Below are positions 29,660 to 39,658 of a DNA stretch of 64,000 bases, piece by piece (position 1 is the first letter of the stretch; the number at the start of each line of letters is the position of its first letter). The DNA lies in NCBI GenBank assembly GCA_049840735.1, contig JASGJN010000011.1, positions 32,001 to 96,000 on the forward strand, read 5' to 3'. The translations under genes and the position numbers were made by a program. The notes beneath the pieces were generated by a model. That model did no database searches. It was not told the origin of the DNA and saw nothing but the letters and a program-made list of their open reading frames with translations. This DNA is from Anaeromyxobacter sp. GTDB lineage: Bacteria; Myxococcota; Myxococcia; Myxococcales; Anaeromyxobacteraceae.

Positions 29660-31147
29660 TCAGAGGTTGATGCGCGCCGCCACGCCCACGTCGATCACCG
29701 GCGCGCCGCTCGGCAAATCCGCCGCGGCCGCGATCTCGGGGGGCAGCGCGAACCTGAACTCGCCGCCCTTCTGGCCCAGGTGGCCGGCCACGTAGGTCTC
29801 GACGCGCAGGTAGGTGAGCGCCAGCACCGAGTGGTCGAGCCGGACGATGGTGCTCCGGTCGGACAGGTTCCCGATCACCGAGAGCGTGAAGGTGGTGTCG
29901 TTCCACGGTCCGGGGCTGGGCAGGAGCACGTAGAGGCCCAGGTAGTGCTGGCCCAGGTAGAACGGCTGGAAGCCGCTCGCGTCCTGGCTCAGCGCCGCGG
30001 AGGTCAGGAGCGTCGGGTAGACGCCCGCGTCCTCGTAGCCGGCCGCGTTGTAGAAGTACTCCGCGCCCACCGTGACCGCGTCCTCGTCGGAGTAGTTGGC
30101 CGACCAGGTGGCGCCACCCACCACCTGGGGGGTGAAGCCGGTGAGATCGTCCCGCACCCAGCTCGACCCGTTCCACGCATAGTGCGGCCCGTCGGTGCCG
30201 TTGCGCAGGGAGGCCTCGGCGTGCAGATCGAGGTCCCACAGGCCGCCGGAGACGTCCACGCCGAAGCGCGCGTCCCGGCCGTCCTGGACCATGCCGTCCA
30301 GGCCCAGCTCGGCCGGCCCCAGCACGATCTCGGCGCGTCCGCCGGCGGCGACCCGGCCCACGCGATCGGTGGGCTGGCGCAGGTCGCCGGCCAGGTCCTG
30401 GAACATCAGCACGCCTTGGAAGTTCCAGCCCCGCTTCTCCCAGGGGAGGTGGAGCTTGAGGAGCGGCGTCCCCTGGCGCACGTCGTAGACGGCCAGCGGA
30501 TCGCGCCGGACCGGGTGCAGGTAGTCGGTGGGGTTCCAGAACTTGCCGGTGCCCCACTTGGCGTGCTGCTTGCCGGCCGTGACGAAGGCCGTCCTGCCGA
30601 CGTCGAAGTTGACCCACAGCTGATCCAGCACGCCGGTGACGTCCGAGCTGGTGCCGGCGCTGCCGGGGAGCCCCGGCCCGGCCTCGGCCGGCGCGGTGGG
30701 ATCGTAGGAGAGGCGGCCCTGGACGAAGCCGCGGACCCGGTCGTTGGGCCGGGCGTCCAGGTAGACGTCGAGCAGGTTGGGCGAGGCCAGCGGCCACTCC
30801 CGCGCCTGGCCGGTGTCGTAGGCCGAGGCGTCCAGCCGGAGGTAGAGCTGCCCGCCCACGCTCAGCACCTCGCGGCGGGACCGCTCGATGAGCCGATCCG
30901 GCGGCGCGGGCAGCGCGTTGGGGGAGCCCTGCGCGCCGAACAGCTCCTCCTCCTCGGGGCGGGCGGGGCCCGCGGGCGGGGCCTGGCCCTGCTGGTCCTT
31001 GGCAGCGGCTTGGCCGTCCTGCGGTCCGCCCGGCTCGGACGCCGGCGGCGTCCCGAACAGCTCCTCCTCGCTGGGCCGGTCCTGGGCGGGCGCCAGCGCC
31101 GGCGCGAGGGAGGCAGCGAGCAGCAACGAGCGCAGGGTGCGGGTCAT
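29660..31147 (-). CDS. Putative outer-membrane beta-barrel protein of the ABC operon
   Basis: Signal peptide, repeated EEELFG, GKQ..KWGTG.FWNP, alternating beta-strand pattern. Confidence 0.7.
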   Translation of the reverse strand: MTRTLRSLLLAASLAPALAPAQDRPSEEELFGTPPASEPGGPQDGQAAAKDQQGQAPPAGPARPEEEELFGAQGSPNALPAPPDRLIERSRREVLSVGGQLYLRLDASAYDTGQAREWPLASPNLLDVYLDARPNDRVRGFVQGRLSYDPTAPAEAGPGLPGSAGTSSDVTGVLDQLWVNFDVGRTAFVTAGKQHAKWGTGKFWNPTDYLHPVRRDPLAVYDVRQGTPLLKLHLPWEKRGWNFQGVLMFQDLAGDLRQPTDRVGRVAAGGRAEIVLGPAELGLDGMVQDGRDARFGVDVSGGLWDLDLHAEASLRNGTDGPHYAWNGSSWVRDDLTGFTPQVVGGATWSANYSDEDAVTVGAEYFYNAAGYEDAGVYPTLLTSAALSQDASGFQPFYLGQHYLGLYVLLPSPGPWNDTTFTLSVIGNLSDRSTIVRLDHSVLALTYLRVETYVAGHLGQKGGEFRFALPPEIAAAADLPSGAPVIDVGVAARINL

Positions 31148-31178
31148 CGGGGAGGCCTCTGGGTGTCGGTCCGAGGTG

Positions 31179-31953
31179 CTAGCGGCTCTTCGACTCGAGC
31201 CAGGCCTTGGTGAAGATGTTCGCCTCCAGCGGCCGCAGGTCGATCTCCTTGATCAGGATGAGGGTGGCGTTTCCCTTCTCGATTCTCGTCGAAGACCCGC
31301 AGCTCCTCCGGGTACCAGACGTCGGCCTTCTTCGACTCCGAGAAGACCTTCTTCCAGCGCGGGTAGTAGGTCGTGCGCATGAGCCGGCCGGAGAGCGCCA
31401 GGTCCTGCCGCTTCAGGATGTTGAGCGTCTTCACGTCCACCCACAGGTGGCGCACCGGGTAGGAGACGTCCACCCCGGGCTTCACGTCGAAGATCAGGTG
31501 GTGGACGTCGAAGGCCCCCAGCTTCTCGTCTCCCACCCAGCGGCTGGTGAAGTCCTGCGCCAGGCGCGGCTCGGAGAGATCGTCGCGCCGCGTGTCGGTC
31601 CCGCCGATCCGCTCCCGCTCGGTCCGCCGCTCCCAGCGCCCGGTGGACGGGTCGTAGCTCCACAGGTTCTTCTCGATGCGGAGGTAGCCCTTGCCCGCCT
31701 CGGTGCGCGGCTGGGTGAAGAGGAACATCTGCTTGTCGTCCTCGTCGCGCCGGTAGACCAGGAGCTCGTAGACGACGTCGGTCTTCCCCTTCTCCTTGGC
31801 CTCCATGTAGGCCAGCGCCTTCCAGTCCCCGGAGTTGCGCTGCCGGTCGTCGAGCGTCTCCACCAGCTGCTGGAGCGCCGGGCCCTCGAGGGCGCGGGCG
31901 GCGGACGGGAGCAGGGCCAGGGCGGCCAGGAGGAGCGCGAGCGGACGGTGCAT
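31179..31953 (-). CDS. Outer-membrane lipoprotein-sorting (LolA-like) protein; frameshift near 31283
   Basis: F..P..EAGKGYL, LW.YDP, GTD....D; reconstructed end ANIFTKAWLESKSR*. Confidence 0.82.
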
Positions 31954-31958
31954 GGGGT

Positions 31959-33273
31959 TCACCCGATGTGATGCATGGCGGTGACCGGCCGGAGCCGGGC
32001 GGCGAGGAACGCGGGCACGAGCGAGACCAGCGCGGTGAACGCGGTCAGCCGGAGCGCCTGCACGAGGATGGGCAGGGGCTGGATCAGGAAGTGGAGCTTC
32101 TCCTGGGCCAGGAACATCTGCATGCTCTCCGGGATGGGCACGCCATGGGCGTTGAGCGCCGCCGCGATGGCCACCGCCACCGCCGCCCCGCCCAGCGTGC
32201 CGCACAGCCCCAGCAGCCCGGACTCCAGCAGCATCAGCCAGAGCACCCGCCCCCGCTGCATCCCGATGGCCCGCAGCGTGCCGATTCCGCGGGTCCGCTC
32301 CCGGACCGCGATGGTCAGCGAGTTGAAGATGCCGACCAGCACCACCGCCAGGAGCACCGAGACGACGATCAGCGTCAGCCACTGCACGCCCTTGATGAAC
32401 TGCAGGAACTGCCCCATCTCGTCCTTCCAGGTGGTGACGTCGAGCTTCTGGCCGGTCCAGTCCTCGCTGGGGATCTTCTGGAAGAGCTTCATCCAGTAGG
32501 GCTGCGGATCCGGCTCCAGCACCCGCCAGTGCGCGTCCGCCAGCCGCGTCCGGATCACCGCCGCCAGCGCCTCGGCCCGCTCCGGATCACGGAGGTAGAT
32601 TCTGGATGGCCCCGGTGGTGGTGGGCCGCAGGCCGTAGAGCTGGTTGAGCGTGCCGGCCTCGATGAAGGCCGAGAAGGCCGAGACCAGCCCCACGTTGCG
32701 CGCCACCACCGCCACGCGCACGTCGGCGGTGTTGTTGACGCCCCGCGAGGTGGGGGCCGAGAGCGTGATCACGTCCCCGGCGTGCACCTTGAGCCGATCC
32801 GCCTGCCCCTTGAACAGCAGCACCGTGCCCGGCTTGCCCAGCTCGGAGAGCGAGCCCTCCACCGGCTGGATCACCCGCGCGAACGCCGGCTCGTGGGCCA
32901 CGTCCACGCCGGCCAGCACCAGATCCATGGAGGAGGTCTCCGAGACCGCCTTGGCCCAGCCGCGGCCGCGCACGGACACGTACTCCACCTCCTCGGGCGG
33001 CAGCACGGTCCGGACCTCGGCCAGCACCTTCTCGTAGTCCGAGACCAGCGGCGCCGCGCTGCCGGAGGTGACCTTGAAGAACCCCCCCACGTTGACGTGG
33101 CCGGTGAGCAGCGTGGTGGCCGACTCCATCATGGCCGCCTCGATCCCGGCGGTCTGGCTGGAGAGCAGCACCAGCACGCCGGTGACCGCGGCCAGGGCGC
33201 CGCCCAGGAAGAGGTTGCGCCGCGTGTGGCGGAGCAGGTTGCGGACGGCGATCTGCAGGTCGGTCAGCAGCAT
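31959..33273 (-). CDS. ABC transporter permease (FtsX/LolE-like); frameshift near 32600
   Basis: IAVRNLLRH.RR N-terminus, ERTR(E)IGTLRAIG, PVTAM end. Confidence 0.9.
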
Positions 33274-33275
33274 GG

Positions 33276-35408
33276 TCAGTCCTCGGTGGACATGGCCTCG
33301 ACGGGCGTGACGCGCTGGGCGAGCAGCGCCGGGTAGAGGCCGGAGAGGACGCTGACCGCGAGCACGATCAGGATCGAGAGCGCCACCTCCCCGGCGCCCA
33401 TGGACGGGAAGAGCGCCGGCCCTGCGAAGAGGAAGGTGAGCATGTCGGTGCCGGCGGGGATGCCGCCGGCCACGTTGATGAGCCAGACCACCAGCCCGCC
33501 CAGCCACGCGCCGGCCAGGCCGAAGATCAGGCCGCAGGTGACGGTCTCCACCAGGAGCATCAGCCAGATGAAGCGCCGCTGCGCGCCGATGGCCCGCATG
33601 GCGCCGATCTCCTTCACCCGCTGGAGGGTGGCCATCACCATGGCGATGTTGATGACCACCAGCGCCACCACGAAGATGATCAGGATCGAGATGTAGAGGA
33701 TCCACCGCAGCATCACCACGAACTGCCCCACCACGCCGGAGGCGGTCTCCCAGTCCACCACCTCGAGCCCGAGCCCGGCCTGGTCGGCGGCGCGCTGCAC
33801 CGCCGCCTGCGCCCGGGCGATCGCGCGCGGGGAGCCGTCGTCGAGGATCACCGCCGCGTTGAGCGCCACCCCGTGCTCGATCTCCTGCTGCGTGTAGACG
33901 CGCGCCGCGGCCTCGACCGGCTCCTGCTCGCGCGGCGCCAGCAGGGCCGCCTCGTCCAGCCGGCCCTGCCTGGTCTGGCCCTCCAGCGCCGCGCCGCCGC
34001 CGAAGAGCGCCGCCTCCGCGTCCTCGCGCGAGAGGTCGGTGGCGCCCGCCCGCGCCTTGAGCTCGGCGATCTCCGCCGCCTTCTCCCTGGTGAGGAACCC
34101 GTAGAGATCGCGGAAGGACATCATGTCCATCACGCTCATCATCCCGGCGATGCCCGACTTCTCGATCTGCCGGAACTGGATGAAGCCGTAGACCTTCACG
34201 TTGACCGAGTTGAAGTAGCCGCTCTTGGAGGGCGCCTTGATGGTGATGGTGTCGCCCACGTCGATCACGTAGAGCCGGAGCAGCGGCGCCACCTCCTCGT
34301 AGAAGAGCCGGTAGCGCCGGTCGAAGGCGTCGTCGTCGGTCTGGAAGAGGCGCGCCAGCAGGGCGGGCAGCGCCTCGCCGGGCGGCGCCCCGAGCGCCGG
34401 GCGCAGCCGGTCGGCCAGCAGGTCCGCCTTCACGGGATCGAGCTGCAGCAGGATCTCCTTGATGCCGCCGCCGTTCTCGCGCACCCAGCGCTGGAGCTCC
34501 TCGTCGTCGGCGATGCGCCGGCCGCGGGCGCGCGCGTCGCGGAGCTGGTCGAGCCGGCGGGCGTTCTTGAGCTTCAGCCACTCCTCGGCGAACTGCCGGC
34601 CCACCAGGATGCCGCGCTGGCCGCGCGGGATCATCTGGCCCTGGGCCACCTCGGCCAGGGGGAAGGCCTGGAAGAACGCGTCCACGTCGGTGCCGACGTA
34701 GCGCAGGAAGGTGAAGCCGCCGTCCATCGACAGCTTGGCGATCCGGTTCTCCAGGAACTCCAGCGCGCCGTAGCGGTCCAGGTCGAACCGCTCCCAGAAG
34801 GCCGGCGCGGCGGCGTGGTCCAGATCGGCCCACTCCTTGCGCCGCTCCTCGCCGTCGCGGCCGTCCAGGTCGGCGATGGCGCGGGCCTGGGCCAGGTCGC
34901 CCTCGAGCAGCTCCACGATGCGCCGCGCGTGGGCCTTGTGGGCCAGGTAGGCGGAGAGGAGCTCCGGATCGCGCTCGCCCGCCTCCAGCCGGCGCACGTC
35001 CTGGCGCAGCCGCTCCAGGGCGAGGTCGATCACGTTGCCGGTGGAGACCATGGCCTGGTCGATGCCCATGGGCACCACCTGCTTGACGTGCGGCACCTGC
35101 TCCAGCGCCGCCCGCACCTTCGCGAAGTCCTCGATGGGCTCGAGGCGCGACTCGCCGCGGAGCCCCCCGTACAGCTCCAGCGGGTCGGGAGAGGCCGCGT
35201 TGTAGACCTGCAGGTGACCGCCCAGGCTGCCCTGCACCGAGGTCTGCATGCCCCGGTCGATCGAGCCCAGCAGCGCCAGCCCCAGCACCACCAGGAAGGA
35301 CCCGCCCAGCACGATCACCCCGATGATCGCCGTCCGGATCTTCGCCGCCAGCAGGTTCCGGTAGGCGATGCCGAAGAGCATCCGCAGCTGCTCGCGCCCC
35401 GCGCTCAT
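33276..35408 (-). CDS. ABC transporter permease (FtsX/LolE-like) with large periplasmic domain
   Basis: IAYRNL, QRVKEIGAMRAIG, LYPA...PVEAM; ATGA overlap with the ATPase. Confidence 0.9.
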   Translation of the reverse strand: MSAGREQLRMLFGIAYRNLLAAKIRTAIIGVIVLGGSFLVVLGLALLGSIDRGMQTSVQGSLGGHLQVYNAASPDPLELYGGLRGESRLEPIEDFAKVRAALEQVPHVKQVVPMGIDQAMVSTGNVIDLALERLRQDVRRLEAGERDPELLSAYLAHKAHARRIVELLEGDLAQARAIADLDGRDGEERRKEWADLDHAAAPAFWERFDLDRYGALEFLENRIAKLSMDGGFTFLRYVGTDVDAFFQAFPLAEVAQGQMIPRGQRGILVGRQFAEEWLKLKNARRLDQLRDARARGRRIADDEELQRWVRENGGGIKEILLQLDPVKADLLADRLRPALGAPPGEALPALLARLFQTDDDAFDRRYRLFYEEVAPLLRLYVIDVGDTITIKAPSKSGYFNSVNVKVYGFIQFRQIEKSGIAGMMSVMDMMSFRDLYGFLTREKAAEIAELKARAGATDLSREDAEAALFGGGAALEGQTRQGRLDEAALLAPREQEPVEAAARVYTQQEIEHGVALNAAVILDDGSPRAIARAQAAVQRAADQAGLGLEVVDWETASGVVGQFVVMLRWILYISILIIFVVALVVINIAMVMATLQRVKEIGAMRAIGAQRRFIWLMLLVETVTCGLIFGLAGAWLGGLVVWLINVAGGIPAGTDMLTFLFAGPALFPSMGAGEVALSILIVLAVSVLSGLYPALLAQRVTPVEAMSTED

Positions 35409-36124
35409 GGCTGCCGGGCCTCCGCCAGCGTGGCCGCGCCCAGCTCCTCCCGCTCCACCAGCTGCCCGTCCGCCATCCGCACCACCGCGCTGGCGTGCGA
35501 CATCACCTTGGGGTCGTGGGTGGAGAAGATGAAGGTGGTCCCGTCGCGGTGGTTCATGTCCTTCATCAGGTCGATGATGTTGGCGCCGGTCTGCGAGTCG
35601 AGGTTGGCCGTCGGCTCGTCCGCCAGCACCAGCCGCGGCCGGCTCACCAGCGCCCGCGCCACCGCCACGCGCTGGCGCTGGCCGCCGGAGAGCTCGCTGG
35701 GCCGGTGCGCCCGGTGGCTGTCCAGCCCCACCGCCTCCAGCAGCCCCATGACCCGCGCCTCGCGCTCCCGCCGGCCCAGGCCGCCCTGCAGCAGCAGCGG
35801 GAACTCCACGTTCTGGAAGACCGACAGCACCTGGACCAGGTTGAAGCTCTGGAAGATGAAGCCGATGGTGCGCAGCCGCAGCTCGGTGAGCGCCCGCTCC
35901 GAGAGGCGGGTGGTGTCGTGGCCGTCCACCGTGACCACGCCGGAGCTGGGCCGGTCCACGCAGCCGATCAGGTTGAGCAGGGTGGTCTTGCCGCTGCCGG
36001 ACGGGCCGGCGATGGACAGGAACTCGCCCCAGCCGATCTCCAGCGAGACCCCGCGGAGCGCCGGGACCACCGTGCGCCCGAGCATGTAGTCCTTGGTGAC
36101 GTTCAGGATGGAGACGATCGCCAT
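35405..36124 (-). CDS. ABC transporter ATP-binding protein (LolD/MacB-like)
   Basis: GPSGSGKT, LSGGQRQR, LADEPTANLD, STHD. Confidence 0.96.
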   Translation of the reverse strand: MAIVSILNVTKDYMLGRTVVPALRGVSLEIGWGEFLSIAGPSGSGKTTLLNLIGCVDRPSSGVVTVDGHDTTRLSERALTELRLRTIGFIFQSFNLVQVLSVFQNVEFPLLLQGGLGRREREARVMGLLEAVGLDSHRAHRPSELSGGQRQRVAVARALVSRPRLVLADEPTANLDSQTGANIIDLMKDMNHRDGTTFIFSTHDPKVMSHASAVVRMADGQLVEREELGAATLAEARQP

Positions 36125-36160
36125 GTGCGTCCTCGTGGTGCCGCGTTCCGCCCGGCCCTG

Positions 36161-36682
36161 CTAGCCCCTGCCCCGGCTGCGCGCCCGCGCCGGCCTCGCC
36201 CGGGGAGGCGGCGGCGGTGCGGCGCGGCGGCGCGCGAAGCGGGCCAGGAGCACCGGGAGCTCCTGCTCGAAGAAGGCGTAGAGATCGTGCAGCTCCCGCA
36301 CGCGGGCCTGGGCGCCGGGGGCGCGGCCGCGGGTCAGGTCCAGGCCGCGCTCCATCAGCCCCCGGACCTCGCGGAGCATGTCCATCCGCGAGGCCCAGAG
36401 CCGCTCGGCCTGCGCGGTCCGGAACCGGAAGTGGTCGCGCCGGCTGCCCGGCGGCCGCGTCCGCTCGATCAGGTCCGCGCCCATCAGCAGCCGGGTCATG
36501 GTGCTCATGGAGGCCTTGGAGCCCTGCAGCGCGGCGGCCAGGTCCTCCATGGTCTGCTCGGCCGGCTCGCACACCAGCAGCCAGCCCAGGATGCGGCCGG
36601 CCATGCGCGGCAGGCCGTCCCGCTCCAGCGCCATGGCCAGCTGCTCGATCCAGTCCCGGAGCCCGGGGTCCACGCGCCGCAT
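36161..36682 (-). CDS. GbsR/MarR family transcriptional regulator
   Basis: GLPRMAGRILGWLL, SKASMST..R.L, GSRRDHF. Confidence 0.88.
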   Translation of the reverse strand: MRRVDPGLRDWIEQLAMALERDGLPRMAGRILGWLLVCEPAEQTMEDLAAALQGSKASMSTMTRLLMGADLIERTRPPGSRRDHFRFRTAQAERLWASRMDMLREVRGLMERGLDLTRGRAPGAQARVRELHDLYAFFEQELPVLLARFARRRAAPPPPPRARPARARSRGRG

Positions 36683-36701
36683 GCGGCCGGATCTAGGCCG
36701 T

Positions 36702-36733
36702 TCGGTCTGTTCAGTCAAGACTGAACCGACCGA
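36702..36733. promoter_or_regulatory. Operator palindrome with TTCAGTC-AA-GACTGAA core
   Basis: 32-bp near-perfect inverted repeat directly upstream of the GbsR/MarR gene. Confidence 0.75.
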
Positions 36734-36790
36734 CCCGCCGACGGGCTCCCCCGCGGGAGCGTGCGCCCGGCCGGCCCACCCGTTCGCGCC

Positions 36791-37561
36791 CTACCTGCGC
36801 GCGCGCTCCGGGTCAGCGCCCCCGGTCCGCGCCGCGGCCCCCAGCACCGGCCCGGGGGGCGGCCGCGCGGCGGGGCGCGCCCCGGCGGCCAGCGCCGGCG
36901 GCGCCTGGACGCGCAGCTGCGCCACCGCGCGGTCCACGGCGGCGTAGTGGCAGATCGCCGCCACCACCACCAGGAGGTGGAAGATCTCGTGGTAGCCGAA
37001 CACCGCCGGGAAGGGATCCGGCCGGCGGCTCGCGTACACCGCCGCGCCCGCCGTGTAGATGAGCCCGCCCGCCAGCACCCACGCCACCGTGGCGTCGCCC
37101 ACCGCGGCCCGCATGGCCGGGAGCGTGGCCATGAAGATCCAGCCGAACGCCACGTAGACCCCGGCCATCAGCACCTTGGGCGCGTCCTCCCAGGCGAGCG
37201 CAAGCGCCACGCCCAGCGCGGCGCCGCCCCAGACCGCCGCCAGGAGCCCGTGGCCCGCGCCCGGCCCCAGCACCAGGCAGAAGGGCGTGTACGTGCCCGC
37301 GATCAGCACGAAGATGGCCGCGTGGTCGCAGCGCCCCACCAGCCCCCGCGCGCGCGGGGGCCACCAGGGCCGATGGTAGAGCGCGCTCACGGACAGCAGC
37401 GTGACCAGGCTGGCCCCGTAGGCCAGGGCCGCCACCCGCGCCACCCCCGATCCGGCCGCGGCCACCAGCGACACGACCGCCGGGACGGAGAGGTACGCCG
37501 CCAGCTCGTGGCTCACCCCGCGCAGGAGCGGCTTGGTGCGGGGACGCGGTGCAGGGGCCAT
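36791..37561 (-). CDS. Hemolysin III / PAQR family membrane protein
   Basis: KPLLRGVSH, SALYH, DHAAIFVLIAGTYTP, FGYHEIFH. Confidence 0.93.
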   Translation of the reverse strand: MAPAPRPRTKPLLRGVSHELAAYLSVPAVVSLVAAAGSGVARVAALAYGASLVTLLSVSALYHRPWWPPRARGLVGRCDHAAIFVLIAGTYTPFCLVLGPGAGHGLLAAVWGGAALGVALALAWEDAPKVLMAGVYVAFGWIFMATLPAMRAAVGDATVAWVLAGGLIYTAGAAVYASRRPDPFPAVFGYHEIFHLLVVVAAICHYAAVDRAVAQLRVQAPPALAAGARPAARPPPGPVLGAAARTGGADPERARR

Positions 37562-37656
37562 CTCTCCTCCCTTGGAGAGACGCTGCGCACGGCGCGTCAC
37601 CGGCGCGTCATCGATCGTACGGCCCTGCGTGGGGCGGGCGGCGGCCGGGCGCCGCC

Positions 37657-38817
37657 TCAGGGCGCGTGCGGGAGCACCAGCTCGAACCAGGTGCCGTCCT
37701 CGGACGTGGAGGTGAACCCCACCTGCCCGCCCAGCAGCTGCTCCCCGAACAGGCGCATCGCGTAGGTGCCGTGACCGCGGCCCGGCTCGCGCTTGGTCGA
37801 GAAGTGGCGCTGGAAGATGCGCGGCCGCACCGCCGCGGGGATCGCGCCCCCGTTCCAGGTCCGGAAGCGGACGGCGCTGGCCTCCTCGAGCACCTCGAGC
37901 CGGATGGCGCCGCCCGGGCGCGTGGCCTCGAGCGCGTTGAGCGTCATGTTGAGGAGCACGTGGTGGAGCGCGGTCGCGTCGGTGCGGAGCTCCAGCAGGT
38001 GCGGGACGGCCACCTGCACCTTCCGGCCGGCCGAGGCCGGGTGACGCTCCAGCGCCCGCAGCAGCAGCCCCAGCAGCGCCCCCACCTGCACCGGCCGGCG
38101 CTGCAGCGGCTCCGTCCCGCCGCGGCCGGCCAGCAGGAGGCGCTGCAGGGCCACCTCGCGCACAAGCAGCGCCGCCAGCGCGCGCGCGTCGGCGGCGGCG
38201 GTGGGATTGGAGGCCGGCCCCTCCATGGCCTCGGTGGCGGACTGCAGGCCGGTGGCCACGTTGGCCAGGTCGTGCAGGAAGGCCCGCGCCACGCCCTCGC
38301 GCCGGTGCGCCTCGGTGGCGTCGCGCAGCGTCAGGAGCACCCAGGTGTCGCCCTCCAGCGCGACCGGCGCGGCCCGCACCTGCAGCATCAGCTCCGAGCG
38401 TGCGCCGTCCGCGCCGCGGACCAGCGCGCAGGTCCGCTCGGCGACGTGGCCGCGATGGGAGGCGATCAGCACTGCGATGGCGGCGCCGCAGCTCGGACAG
38501 GCCGGCCCGGTGCCGCACCCGCCCCCGCCCTCGGGGACGTTGGCGCAGGCCAGCGCCTCGCCTGGGCGGAGCCCCAGCACCGCGGCCGGATCCTCCACCC
38601 CCACCAGGCGCAGGTAGGTGTCGTTGACGGCCACGATTTGGCGCTGCGGGTCGAGCACCGCCGCCGCGGTCCCGCTCCCCTCCAGCAGCGCCGTCACGAG
38701 CGGGCTCCCGGCTGCGCGGGCGATCTCGGCCGCGAGCCCCGCGGCCGGCGTGCGCTCCGGGGCCAGGTAGCCCGTACCGCCCATCGCGCCAGCTTCGCCG
38801 CCTGCGTGCTCGCTCAT
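37657..38817 (-). CDS. Cytoplasmic sensor histidine kinase with Cys-rich PAS-like domain
   Basis: FLHDLAN H-box, NM..NALEA, FSTK..GRGHG; input domain RPGEALAC..CG...C..CG. Confidence 0.88.
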   Translation of the reverse strand: MSEHAGGEAGAMGGTGYLAPERTPAAGLAAEIARAAGSPLVTALLEGSGTAAAVLDPQRQIVAVNDTYLRLVGVEDPAAVLGLRPGEALACANVPEGGGGCGTGPACPSCGAAIAVLIASHRGHVAERTCALVRGADGARSELMLQVRAAPVALEGDTWVLLTLRDATEAHRREGVARAFLHDLANVATGLQSATEAMEGPASNPTAAADARALAALLVREVALQRLLLAGRGGTEPLQRRPVQVGALLGLLLRALERHPASAGRKVQVAVPHLLELRTDATALHHVLLNMTLNALEATRPGGAIRLEVLEEASAVRFRTWNGGAIPAAVRPRIFQRHFSTKREPGRGHGTYAMRLFGEQLLGGQVGFTSTSEDGTWFELVLPHAP

Positions 38818-39020
38818 GATCCAGCCCCCGCCCGGGCGAGGATAGCGCACCCACGCGGCCCTGCTACGCCCGACGCCTTCACGGGTAGTCCGGGAGTTCC
38901 CCGGCTCGCTCCTCACGGGACCGGGTCGCAGCCTCGCCTGCGTGGCCAGGAGGGCGCGGGGGCGTGTCCGGCCCGCCGCGCCCGGACGAAAGTCCCAGGG
39001 AAGACAGGCAGCAAGCCTGG

Positions 39021-39036
39021 CGGCACTTCCATTGCA
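39021..39036 (+). promoter_or_regulatory. Sigma-54 (-24/-12) promoter
   Basis: CGGCACTTCCATTGCA matches GGCAC-N5-TTGC, 13 nt before the ATG at 39050. Confidence 0.6.
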
Positions 39037-39049
39037 AAGAGGCCGCCCC

Positions 39050-39592
39050 ATGCCCTCACTCGGACATGTCGCGGTCGGCCTGGCCGCAGGTCGCTTCCAC
39101 ACCGCTGGCGGGGGGCCGCGGCTCCGCGCCACGGCCGTCTTCACCGCGCTGGCCGTCTGGCCCGACCTCGACTTCAAGGCGCGCGCGCTCGGGGCCGCGG
39201 CCGGCTCGCCCTGGCTCCACCGCGGCGCCTCCCACAGCCTGCTCGCCGCCGCGGCCGCCGCGCTCGTGGCCACGGCGCTGGCCGGCGGCATGGGGCAGCC
39301 CCGCGTCCGCACCTTCCTCACCGCGCTGGCCGCCGCCGCCAGCCACGGCCTGCTCGACGCGCTCACGCGCGGCGCCGCCGGCCCCATGCTGCTCTGGCCC
39401 TTCACCGACGCGCGCTTCCTCGCGCCGCTGGCGCTCGTGCCCGCCTCCCCGTTCCTCCCCCGCCTGCTCTCCGCGCGCGGGCTGTCGGTGCTGCTCCGGG
39501 AGGCGCTGGTGTTCCTGCCGCTGCTCGCCTACGGGCTCTGGCCGCGCCGGCGCCCCGCCCTCTCCGCGCCGGACGCCGGCAGCCCGGGCTGA
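39050..39592 (+). CDS. YdjM-family membrane metal-dependent hydrolase
   Basis: GH, PDLD, HRGASHS, SHGLLD, LLWPF. Confidence 0.88.
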   Translation: MPSLGHVAVGLAAGRFHTAGGGPRLRATAVFTALAVWPDLDFKARALGAAAGSPWLHRGASHSLLAAAAAALVATALAGGMGQPRVRTFLTALAAAASHGLLDALTRGAAGPMLLWPFTDARFLAPLALVPASPFLPRLLSARGLSVLLREALVFLPLLAYGLWPRRRPALSAPDAGSPG

Positions 39593-39658
39593 CCCGCCCG
39601 GCCGGCGCGCCGCACCGCGGGCCTTTACAGCGGCGGTCCGAGCGGGCAAGCAGGTCGG

